DNA of 64,000 bases, taken from assembly GCA_029260965.1 (NCBI GenBank), contig JAJDCG010000001.1, positions 445,803 to 509,802 of the forward strand, written 5' to 3'. Positions within the stretch are counted from its first letter, which is position 1, and each line of letters opens with the position of its first letter. Position numbers and translations under genes: made by a program. The notes beneath the pieces were generated by a model. It was not told the origin of the DNA, ran no database searches, and worked only from the letters and a program-made list of their open reading frames with translations. The DNA is from Candidatus Levyibacteriota bacterium. GTDB taxonomy: Bacteria > Patescibacteriota > Microgenomatia > Levybacterales > UBA12049. Shown here piece by piece: positions 10,801 to 18,625 of the stretch.

Positions 10801-10885
10801 TGCCAAGAGAAGAGCTTCTGATGATGAGCCTGACAACATCCACATATTTAGATTTGACGAGATAGGAGATGTGTCTAGAATTTGA
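7841..10885 (+). CDS. 1014-aa polytopic membrane protein: N-terminal half O-antigen ligase/polymerase-like (Wzy_C), C-terminal half GT-C-like (PMT/ArnT-like) domain
   Basis: At least 20 hydrophobic segments. TAQRAAFVAYIIGSIF and TDNDYFRALGETGLFGLFSF resemble the WaaL/Wzy motifs SR(S/G)A and HNxYLxxLxExGxxG. The second half (FVADDFTWLRWAAED..., many TM segments, large C-terminal soluble region) is GT-C-like. The domain call for the second half is an inference. Confidence 0.55.
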   Translation: MKKLLQLHDKYTLKFLTAGLILFTVLYPKLPSINILNTWVYIRLEDFLILGTTIIWFIQLVRKKVTIFKPMLSVIGTYWLVGLVSLVFSIIFIAPQLPQLFPHVAVLSFFRRIEYMILFFIAFSTIRSKSDIKDYFVVLAVTVFLAFLYGIGQRYYIVLWSFFPHINQAQFCFPSFQTGNEEFAKGIPLCLPPGGRITSTFGGSYDLAAYTVLVLPIIFGTFLSIRQKLWKLLTGLVFLSGVILLVLTAQRAAFVAYIIGSIFTLILYKKKWWIIPLLVVSFSFLILFSESTAKRFLSTFRVTNVVVDQDGRLVGDASIDDEIDPITKTRRPKSGQDLPEGSAFLGLVQDEEIETDTALIERTLTPEEARRLRLESGSVQISTISGSFLVRKVLVYDISFTTRFQAEWPNAWRAFQRNPALGSGYSSITLATDNDYFRALGETGLFGLFSFMGVFVMLWVVFRKLVPLSGNSITAGFAYGLAGGVIGLLVNATLIDVFEASKVAEGLWILAGVAVGSLLLYQKKKISYSSEFIKTLTSNTAYIFYLILLILFIFLPTMSNYFVADDFTWLRWAAEDSLSGLPSHFINSQGFFYRPLDKIVTYFLYTVFSFQPHGYHFFLIFLHLIAIIGVYFFAKQITKDKLFAFLVSLIFAVHPTHAENVFWYSGLSSVLSAVFIIYAAICFYRFRERKSVFSYFLAFVLSIFAFSSYEIAVSIPFLFLVIDIFLFKATKKLKYYLPHVLFILLVPFYYLLRELTNTFQNGGDYSYNLIKIVPNVMGNILGYVGMFISGESFIPVYNLLRGSLRESAFSIGIVLTVSLAAIGFLFYINRSIMGKLLKNRMSGQIMFGIAFAFFSLLPFLPLGNIAPRYLYLSSVGFSISAVLIMYVLSRYKRFLLVLVVAVIVAIGAIQLDRASDRWKDAGYVTQNTLYFFRKNYDDLKPADKIYFVDTPVTYKGIWTFPTGLNDALWFIYRDDLPQVNLADSIEDAKRRASDDEPDNIHIFRFDEIGDVSRI

Positions 10886-10909
10886 GTCATAAAATGACAA
10901 GCAGAAAGT

Positions 10910-12352
10910 ATGGATTTTAGAAAAAACCTTCATTTTATTCTTTTGATTTTTATTTTTTTAGTTGGTTTCGTACTGAGGCTTTACAGGATTGATAATCCGA
11001 TAGCTGATTGGCATAGCTGGCGACAAGCTGACACCTCATCAGTATCAAGAGAGTTGTTGAAAAGTGATTTCGATTTCTTGCACCCCCGTTATCATGACCT
11101 CTCGAATGTGCCATCAGGCATGGATAATCCAGAAGGCTACCGAATGGTCGAGTTTCCTATCTATAATGCTGTTCAAGCGGGATTGTTTACCTTGTTGGGT
11201 GGATTTACAATCGAACAATGGGGGAGGATTGTTAGTATTTTTTCATCGGTTTTTGTTGCGATGTTTTTGTATTTGATAGTCAGCCGTCATAGCAATAAAA
11301 ACCTTGGTTTTCTCGCAGCTGCATTTTATTTACTCATCCCCTACAATATTTACTACAATAGGACAATTCTGCCCGATACGATGATGGCAATGGCCATACT
11401 TGGAGGAATATTTTTCTTCAATCTCTGGATTGAATCAGATAACAAAAAGCAACAAACAAAAAGCAGCAGAAGTTTTTATTTTTTACTTTCGATAATCTTT
11501 ACCTCATCGAGTTTTCTACTTAAACCGTATGCACTTTTATTTACCCTACCTATGATAGTTTTGGTTTATCAAAAGTGGGGTTTTAAAGCGATAAGAAAGT
11601 GGCAACTCTGGATTTTTACTGGCGTTTCTCTTTTGCCCTTATTTTTTTGGCGGCAGTGGATACTTCAATTCCCGACAGGAATCCCTGAAAATTTTTGGCT
11701 CTATAACGGTAATGGAATTCGTTTTCGTCCTGCATTTTTTCGCTGGATCGGATATGAGAGAGTAATCAAGCTAATTGGTGGTTATTTGGGATCAATTTTA
11801 CTTTTGTATGGTATTTTGAAACTAAAAGATCTGAAAGAGTGGATATTTTTCTTTTCATTTCTTGTAAGTAGTGGGCTTTATGTCATGATATTTGCAACTG
11901 GGAACGTGCAGCATGATTATTATCAGATTCTCATCATGCCAACTCTGTCAATTTTTTTTGCAATCGGTGCATACTTTTTATATAGATGGAATTTAACTGG
12001 AAAAGCAATATTATTTGTCGCTGTTGTTGGTATGTTTTATTTTGGTTGGGATCAGGTAAAGGACTATTTTAATATAAATAATCGATCAATTATAATAGCA
12101 GGTGAGGCCGTTGATAGGCTAACTCCCCAAGACGCTTTGGTAATTGCAGAGTATGGAGGAGACACATCGCTTCTTTATCAAACCAAACGTCGTGGTTGGG
12201 CAAGTCAGCAAAATTCAATCCCAGAGATGGTAGAAAAAGGTGCTTCGTATATGGTAATAGTTAATCCGCCTGATGAGGCAGTAAGCTTTGCTAAGCAGTA
12301 CAAGATAATTGAAAGTACTCCGCAATACGTTATTTTTGACATCCGTAAATAA
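10910..12352 (+). CDS. GT-C-fold polytopic membrane glycosyltransferase (PMT/ArnT-like)
   Basis: 480 aa with about 11 TM segments. N-terminal loop YRIDNPIADWHSWRQADTSSVSREL carries the acidic/aromatic motif seen in GT-C enzymes that use polyprenyl-P-sugar donors; soluble C-terminal domain. Family is inferred. Confidence 0.45.
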   Translation: MDFRKNLHFILLIFIFLVGFVLRLYRIDNPIADWHSWRQADTSSVSRELLKSDFDFLHPRYHDLSNVPSGMDNPEGYRMVEFPIYNAVQAGLFTLLGGFTIEQWGRIVSIFSSVFVAMFLYLIVSRHSNKNLGFLAAAFYLLIPYNIYYNRTILPDTMMAMAILGGIFFFNLWIESDNKKQQTKSSRSFYFLLSIIFTSSSFLLKPYALLFTLPMIVLVYQKWGFKAIRKWQLWIFTGVSLLPLFFWRQWILQFPTGIPENFWLYNGNGIRFRPAFFRWIGYERVIKLIGGYLGSILLLYGILKLKDLKEWIFFFSFLVSSGLYVMIFATGNVQHDYYQILIMPTLSIFFAIGAYFLYRWNLTGKAILFVAVVGMFYFGWDQVKDYFNINNRSIIIAGEAVDRLTPQDALVIAEYGGDTSLLYQTKRRGWASQQNSIPEMVEKGASYMVIVNPPDEAVSFAKQYKIIESTPQYVIFDIRK

Positions 12353-12457
12353 AAAACTAGTAAGTTTTCAGTATAATTAATAGTTTCCTAGTCTATAGTC
12401 AACAGATGCGAAATTACCTATCGACACCTTAGCCTCATGTTTTGCTATAATCATTTT

Positions 12458-13660
12458 ATGAAGATATTAATCGTGTCGTCTTTTTTGCCATATCCACTTC
12501 ACTCTGGGGGGCATGTCAGGCTTTACAACCTAATCAAGGAATTGTCAAATAGGCATGAGATAACCCTTTTTTGTGAAAAAAGACCAAACCAGACAGTAGA
12601 GGAAATAAAGGCAGTTGAGAAGATTTGCAGGAAAGTCATAACTGTTGATAGGCGCAGACAGTGGTCACTGGAGAATATTCTCAAGAGTGCAATCTCAGTT
12701 CACTCATTTCTCATCAATGGACACACGCATCAGAAAATGAAGTATCTCTTAAAAAGAGAGTTGGAGAACGTAAAATACGATTTGATTCATATTGAAACAT
12801 TTTATGTTATGCAAAATCTTTCTCATACAAATATACCCAAAATTCTTGTAGAGCATAATATAGAATATAAAGTTTATAAGAAATTTTTATCCAGAGCACC
12901 ACATATTTTTAGACCACTTTTGGTGCTGGATGTTGTAAAAATCAAAAGAGAGGAGGAGAGGTTCTGGAAAAAAGCAGATAGACTGGTTGTGGTTTCAGAA
13001 GCTGATAGGAGGGTGATAAGAACTGCTGGATTTGATGCTGATATTGTTGCCAATGGAGTAGATATTGAGAAATTTGCATATAAGCAAAAAGCAATAAATG
13101 ATAAGCAAAAAGAAAGAAAAATTCTTTTTATTGGGGATTTTAAGTGGATACAAAACAGGGATTCTGTAAAATTTATAATTGAAGAGATCTGGCCATTGAT
13201 AAAGCAAAAAATAAAAAGTAATGAGCAAAAAGTAAATTTGTGGATTGTTGCTAGAGAAATTCCCCAATCAGTGAGAAAACTATCTGAAGACAATGATGTT
13301 ATTTTTGATGAAAAAAGCTCAGGATTGTCAACTGAGAAGATATTTCAAGCTGCTGATGTTTTACTTGCTCCAATAAGAGTTGGAGGTGGGACTAGTTACA
13401 AAATTTTAGAAAGTATGAGTTGTGGAACACCAGTTGTAACTACAAAAATGAGCGCAAACAGTCTGGGTGCAAAAGATAATGAAGACATTATGGCATCTGA
13501 TGAACCAATTGATTTGGCAACAAAAACCATAAATCTTTTGGAAGATGAAAAACTTTATGAAAAAATAAGTAAAAAGGGACGGAAGTTAGTAGAGGAAAAA
13601 TATACCTGGAAAGAGATTGCAAAAAAATTGAATGGGGTTTATGAAAGCGTTAGAAAATAG
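12458..13660 (+). CDS. GT4 glycosyltransferase
   Basis: MKILIVSSFLPYPLHSGGHVRLYNL and GGTSYKILESMSCGTPVVTT. Start moved to the Met after the track's short extension. Confidence 0.75.
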   Translation: MKILIVSSFLPYPLHSGGHVRLYNLIKELSNRHEITLFCEKRPNQTVEEIKAVEKICRKVITVDRRRQWSLENILKSAISVHSFLINGHTHQKMKYLLKRELENVKYDLIHIETFYVMQNLSHTNIPKILVEHNIEYKVYKKFLSRAPHIFRPLLVLDVVKIKREEERFWKKADRLVVVSEADRRVIRTAGFDADIVANGVDIEKFAYKQKAINDKQKERKILFIGDFKWIQNRDSVKFIIEEIWPLIKQKIKSNEQKVNLWIVAREIPQSVRKLSEDNDVIFDEKSSGLSTEKIFQAADVLLAPIRVGGGTSYKILESMSCGTPVVTTKMSANSLGAKDNEDIMASDEPIDLATKTINLLEDEKLYEKISKKGRKLVEEKYTWKEIAKKLNGVYESVRK

Positions 13661-13671
13661 TTATTAATTAT

Positions 13672-14583
13672 ATGATCGACCTATCAATAATTATTTTAAA
13701 TTATAATACTCGGGATTTGGCGCTTGGTTGCGTGAAATCGATTCAGGAAAATTATCCCCGTGAAGTTGCATCAGGAAAATTTGAAGTGATCTTGGCAGAT
13801 AACGCAAGTCCTGATGGATCTTTGGCTGCATTTGAGAAATTTGAAAAACAGACAAAAATTAAAACCTTTCAAGTTATTGATAATAAAAAAAATTTAGGCT
13901 TTGCTGCTGGCAATAACAGGGCAATTCCTTTCGCAAAAGGAAGATATGTGCTGTTTTTGAATCCAGATACTATTGTTGATTCAGTCACTTTGAGTCGCAT
14001 GATCGAGTTCATGGATAAAAATAAAGACGCTGGAGCAGCAACATGCAGGATAGAGTCATTTGATGGTCAATTTGACCAACCGTCTCATCGTGGATTTCCA
14101 ACCCCTTGGAATGCATTTACTCATTTTTCTCGGCTGGAGAAAGTCTTTCCAAAAACAAAATTGTTTGGTGGATATATTCAGGGCTTTAAAGATTTATCAA
14201 AAATTCACGAGGTTGATGTGATATCTGGTGCTTTTCTTTTTGTCAGACGAGATGCTGGAGAGAGAATTAATTGGTGGGATGAAGAATATTTTTTTTATGG
14301 TGAGGATATACAGTTTTGTTTTGATTTAAAAAAACAAGGATATAAAATTTATTTTGTTCCAGATGTCAGTATAACTCATCTGGGAAGCGCTGCATCAGGG
14401 ATTAGAAATAGAAATCATAATGAAATAACTGCTGATGCTTTTACTAAGAAAAAAATGCAAGCACATCGCTTTGACGCGATGAGAATATTTTATGAAAAAA
14501 ATTATAAAGATCATTATCCAAAGTTTGTAAATTGGATAGTCCATGTAGGAATAAATTTGCTCCACAAGAAACACTCCCAATGA
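13672..14583 (+). CDS. GT2 glycosyltransferase
   Basis: MIDLSIIILNYNTRDL, ADNASPDGS, FLNPDT, GEDIQFCFD. Confidence 0.75.
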   Translation: MIDLSIIILNYNTRDLALGCVKSIQENYPREVASGKFEVILADNASPDGSLAAFEKFEKQTKIKTFQVIDNKKNLGFAAGNNRAIPFAKGRYVLFLNPDTIVDSVTLSRMIEFMDKNKDAGAATCRIESFDGQFDQPSHRGFPTPWNAFTHFSRLEKVFPKTKLFGGYIQGFKDLSKIHEVDVISGAFLFVRRDAGERINWWDEEYFFYGEDIQFCFDLKKQGYKIYFVPDVSITHLGSAASGIRNRNHNEITADAFTKKKMQAHRFDAMRIFYEKNYKDHYPKFVNWIVHVGINLLHKKHSQ

Positions 14584-14604
14584 ACCCTGTGCTATACTTA
14601 GCCT

Positions 14605-15726
14605 ATGAAAATTGGAATTGATTGTCGACTTTGGTCTCAGACTGGAGTTGGACGGTATATCAGGAATTTAGTAACTGAACTTTCAAAAATTGATAAGACA
14701 AACGAGTATGTCTTGTTTGTCAGAAGTCGTGATTTACAAGGTGTAAAAAAGCAGGTGTCAAATATTAGAAGGTGGAAGATTGTAATCGCTGACATCAGAT
14801 GGCATACTGTTGATGAACAGTTAAAGCTCCCAAGAATTTTGAATAATGAAGAGCTGGATTTGATGCATTTTCCTTATTTCTCCGCACCTGTTTTTTATAA
14901 GAAACCATTTGTAATTACAATTCATGACCTCATTATTAATCATTTTCCTACAGGAAAGGCATCTACTCTGCCAAAAACTTTTTATCATATGAAAAGAGTT
15001 GGTTATCAGTATGTGATAAGGCGTGCGGTTGAGAAGGCAGAAAAAATAATAGTACCATTAAATGCGGTGAAGGAAGATCTTGTAAAAACTCTTGATGTAG
15101 CATCTAAAAAAATTGTTGTTACAACAGAGGGGTTTGATAAAAAGATTCTCAGTAAAAGAAAAAAATATCAAACTCCGACGACACGATATGTTCTGTATGT
15201 TGGTAACGCCTATCCACATAAAAATTTAGAAAGGTTGATCAGGGCTTTTTCCTTGTTTAGGCAGGAGGGTTTTGGAGATGTGCAGTTAATCCTTGCAGGA
15301 AAAGATGACTATTTTTATAAAAAATTGGAGGAAAAAATAGAGAGAGAAAATTACACTGGTATTAATTTTATTCACAATGTTACTGATTCTGATCTATCCT
15401 ATCTATATCAAAATTCCCAATTTTTTATATCTGCATCGTTAATGGAGGGATTTGGACTGGTAGCTCTTGAAGCGATGGCAAACTCATCTTTGGTTGTGCT
15501 TTCTGATATTCCATCATTTAGAGAAGTGTGCAGTGATGCGCCAGTTTATTTTGATCCTCAATCAATTACCGACATTAAGGATAAAATGGTTTCTGCGTAT
15601 AAAATGTCAAAAATGCAGAAAAATAATCACGCTGAAAAGGGGATAAGAAGAACTGAGATTTTTTCTTGGGAAAAAATGGCAAGACAAACATTGCAAGTTT
15701 ATGAAAATTGCTCTCGTTTACGATAG
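14605..15726 (+). CDS. GT4 glycosyltransferase (full-length paralog of the truncated 4453 ORF)
   Basis: MKIGIDCRLWSQTGVGRYIRNLV and EGFGLVALEAMANSSLVVLSDIPSFRE. Confidence 0.8.
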   Translation: MKIGIDCRLWSQTGVGRYIRNLVTELSKIDKTNEYVLFVRSRDLQGVKKQVSNIRRWKIVIADIRWHTVDEQLKLPRILNNEELDLMHFPYFSAPVFYKKPFVITIHDLIINHFPTGKASTLPKTFYHMKRVGYQYVIRRAVEKAEKIIVPLNAVKEDLVKTLDVASKKIVVTTEGFDKKILSKRKKYQTPTTRYVLYVGNAYPHKNLERLIRAFSLFRQEGFGDVQLILAGKDDYFYKKLEEKIERENYTGINFIHNVTDSDLSYLYQNSQFFISASLMEGFGLVALEAMANSSLVVLSDIPSFREVCSDAPVYFDPQSITDIKDKMVSAYKMSKMQKNNHAEKGIRRTEIFSWEKMARQTLQVYENCSRLR

Positions 15727-16783
15727 GGTAAATAAATGGGGAGGAGCTGAAAGAGTTTTGCTGGCTTTGCATGAACTTTTTCCTAATGCACCTCTGTATA
15801 CGTCTGTTTATGATAAAAGTGCTGCCCCCTGGGCAGATGTATTTGACATAAAAACCTCATTTCTTCAGAAAATTCCTTTTGCCAGATCGCGCCATGAATT
15901 CCTGGCAGCTTTCATGCCATTTGCATTTGGAAAATTTAATTTTGATAAATATGATCTGGTTATTTCAGTTACTTCTGAGGCTGCAAAAGGAATAAAGACA
16001 GGAAAAAATACGAAACATATCTGTTACTGTTTGACACCTACTCGTTATCTATGGAGCGGATATGATGAGTATTTTACCAGTAAGTTTTTTAAATTTTTGA
16101 CTTACCCTCTTGTTTGGGTATTGAGAAACCTGGATTTGAGATCTGCCAATAAGCCGGATAAGTATGTCGCTATTTCAAAAGAAGTACAAAAGAGAATTAG
16201 AAGATACTATCAAAGGGAATCGGATGTAGTCTATCCACCAGTGACCTTGGGGAAGAAAAACGCTTTACGCACAAATCCTAACCCTTCACCCTATTACTTG
16301 ATTGTTTCACGGCTCTCAAAGTTTACTAGGTACAAAAAAGTTGATTTAGCTGTAAAGGCTGCTAACAAATTAGGAATCTCGCTCAAAGTAGTTGGTGATG
16401 GTAATCTAAAAAAAGACCTTGAAGGGATGGCTGGGCCGACGGTTGCGTTTTTAGGAAGATTAAGCGACAAAAAATTGTCGGAGTATTATAAAAATTGTCG
16501 TGCACTTATTTTCCCTGGTTTTGAGGATTTGGGGCTTGTGATGATAGAGGCGCAGACGTTTGGAAGGCCAGTTGTTGCTTATGGAAAGGGTGGTGCGCTG
16601 GAATTGGTGAACAAAAAAACAGGAATTTTATTTGAGAATCAAACAATAGATTCGTTAGTAAGAGCAATTAAAAAATTTGAAAAGATAGATTTTGATTCAG
16701 CAGACTGCATAGAGAATGCTAAAAGATTTGATATGCAAAATTTCAAAAAAGACTTTTTAGCTGTTGTTAATGAGCTTTTTTGA
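15701..16783 (+). CDS. GT4 glycosyltransferase
   Basis: MKIALVYDRVNKWGGAERVLLAL and GFEDLGLVMIEAQTFGRPVVAYGKGGALE. Confidence 0.75.
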   Translation: MKIALVYDRVNKWGGAERVLLALHELFPNAPLYTSVYDKSAAPWADVFDIKTSFLQKIPFARSRHEFLAAFMPFAFGKFNFDKYDLVISVTSEAAKGIKTGKNTKHICYCLTPTRYLWSGYDEYFTSKFFKFLTYPLVWVLRNLDLRSANKPDKYVAISKEVQKRIRRYYQRESDVVYPPVTLGKKNALRTNPNPSPYYLIVSRLSKFTRYKKVDLAVKAANKLGISLKVVGDGNLKKDLEGMAGPTVAFLGRLSDKKLSEYYKNCRALIFPGFEDLGLVMIEAQTFGRPVVAYGKGGALELVNKKTGILFENQTIDSLVRAIKKFEKIDFDSADCIENAKRFDMQNFKKDFLAVVNELF

Positions 16784-16806
16784 TACTATAATAGTTAGAA
16801 TATATT

Positions 16807-17889
16807 ATGAAGGTTGTAATATTTGCAGGAGGTGTAGGCACAAGATTGTGGCCACTCTCAAGGAAAAATACTCCTAAACAATTCGGTAAAATAATTGGTG
16901 ACAAATCAACGCTGCAGCTTGCGTATGAACGGGTTGCTCCGATTGTTGATCCTAAAGATATTTATGTATCAACAGGCTCCAGGTACATAAATGTGATTAA
17001 AGATCAGCTGCCAAACATTCCAAATGAAAATTTTATTTTTGAACCTGAAATGCGTGATGTTGGAGCAGCAGTTGGCCTAATAGCTGCAATTTTGAATAAA
17101 GTCGCCCCTGATGAGCCATTTATTATTCTTTGGAGCGATCAAGTCGTAAAAGAAGAAGAAGTATTTAGGAATGTTTTGAAACATGTAGCTGATATGTTGA
17201 ATGAAGAAAAGAGCAAAATCGTTTTTATCGCTCATACTTCCCGATTTGCCAGTCAAAATCTTGGATGGATAGAGAGAGGGAATAAAGTAAAGTCATTAAA
17301 TGGTTTTGATATGTATGAGTTTAAAAGTTGGCATTATAGACCAGAGCCTACTCTTGCTGAAGAATTTCACAAGAGTGAGAATCATTATTGGAATCCAGGA
17401 TATTTTGGTACAACAGCAAAATTTTTATTTTCTCTTTTCGAAAAATATGCCCCAGAAATGCATGCAAAGTTAAAGGAGCTGGGAGATGCTTATGGAACTA
17501 ACCGGTTTGAGAAAAAGCTTGAAGAGCTTTATCCTTCACTCGAGAAGATATCTTTTGATAATCTTATTTTAGAGAAGATTGACCCCAGTGATGGGTATGT
17601 GATTGGTTCTGATTTTGGTTGGAGTGATGTGGGTGCTTGGGAGTCATTAAAAGAGGCATTGACAGATAGTGAAGAGGAAAATTTAACCAAAGGACGCGTC
17701 ATGTTGAATGATTCCAGGGATGTTCTGGTTTATAACTATACTGATCAGATGGTTGTTGGCATTGATCTTGAAAAATTCTTGGTAATTAATACCGGGGATG
17801 TGCTTCTGGTTTGTCCCAAAGATTCTGTGCCAAAGATAAAAAAGTTTGTTGAAAAACTCAGTGGAACTGAAAATGAAGACTTAATTTAG
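16807..17889 (+). CDS. manC: sugar-1-phosphate nucleotidyltransferase, mannose-1-phosphate guanylyltransferase-like
   Basis: MKVVIFAGGVGTRLWPLSRKNTPKQF is the characteristic GxGxRLxPLS N-terminus of ManC/GMP-family nucleotidyltransferases. Symbol is tentative. Confidence 0.6.
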   Translation: MKVVIFAGGVGTRLWPLSRKNTPKQFGKIIGDKSTLQLAYERVAPIVDPKDIYVSTGSRYINVIKDQLPNIPNENFIFEPEMRDVGAAVGLIAAILNKVAPDEPFIILWSDQVVKEEEVFRNVLKHVADMLNEEKSKIVFIAHTSRFASQNLGWIERGNKVKSLNGFDMYEFKSWHYRPEPTLAEEFHKSENHYWNPGYFGTTAKFLFSLFEKYAPEMHAKLKELGDAYGTNRFEKKLEELYPSLEKISFDNLILEKIDPSDGYVIGSDFGWSDVGAWESLKEALTDSEEENLTKGRVMLNDSRDVLVYNYTDQMVVGIDLEKFLVINTGDVLLVCPKDSVPKIKKFVEKLSGTENEDLI

Positions 17890-17890
17890 G

Positions 17891-18556
17891 ATGGCAAAAA
17901 GTAAAACTAAAAAAAATGGATTCTACGATATAGAAAAGAGAATAACGGATATATTTTTTTCCATAATCCTCATAATTACTTTTTTGCCGATTATTATCGT
18001 TGTTGCAATAGCAATAAAGCTTGATTCAGTCGGTACTATTTTTGCTGATACGCCTGAAAGAGTCGGGATGAAAGGGAAAACATTCAAAATGTATAAATTT
18101 CGTTCCATGGTAAAGGATGCACATATTCTTCTCAGAAATGACCCAAAATACAAAGAGCTATATGATACATATAAAAAGGGTAGTTATAAATTAAAAAATG
18201 ATCCACGTATCACTAGGATAGGTCGTGTTATCAGAAAATATTCGCTTGATGAATTACCACAATTTATAAATGTTCTCATGGGTGAAATGAGTATTGTTGG
18301 GCCTCGCGCTTATTATCCTGATGAGCTGACAGAGCAACAGAAAAAGTATCCCTATACAAAAGAGGCAGTGAAAGTAGTGCTTTCAGTGAAGCCTGGCATC
18401 ACAGGTTATTGGCAGGTTACAGGTAGATCGCAAATAAATTTTGATAAAAGAATCCAGATGGATGCAGATTATGCAAAAAAACGTTCTATTCTGTATGATT
18501 TTTGGATCATCCTCAAAACTCCATACGCTATGATTTCAGGTCGTGGCGCTCTATGA
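17891..18556 (+). CDS. polyprenyl-phosphate sugar-1-phosphate transferase (bacterial sugar transferase family, WbaP/WcaJ-like priming enzyme)
   Basis: Single N-terminal TM, then FKMYKFRSM...DELPQFINVLMGEMSIVGPRAY...GITGYWQV, the Bac_transf C-terminal catalytic signature. Confidence 0.8.
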   Translation: MAKSKTKKNGFYDIEKRITDIFFSIILIITFLPIIIVVAIAIKLDSVGTIFADTPERVGMKGKTFKMYKFRSMVKDAHILLRNDPKYKELYDTYKKGSYKLKNDPRITRIGRVIRKYSLDELPQFINVLMGEMSIVGPRAYYPDELTEQQKKYPYTKEAVKVVLSVKPGITGYWQVTGRSQINFDKRIQMDADYAKKRSILYDFWIILKTPYAMISGRGAL

Positions 18557-18625
18557 TTAGGATCAAAATTTTTCTGTCTTGTCAAGTTGACAATAACCTC
18601 AATATTTCAGTAATATTAAGATCTG

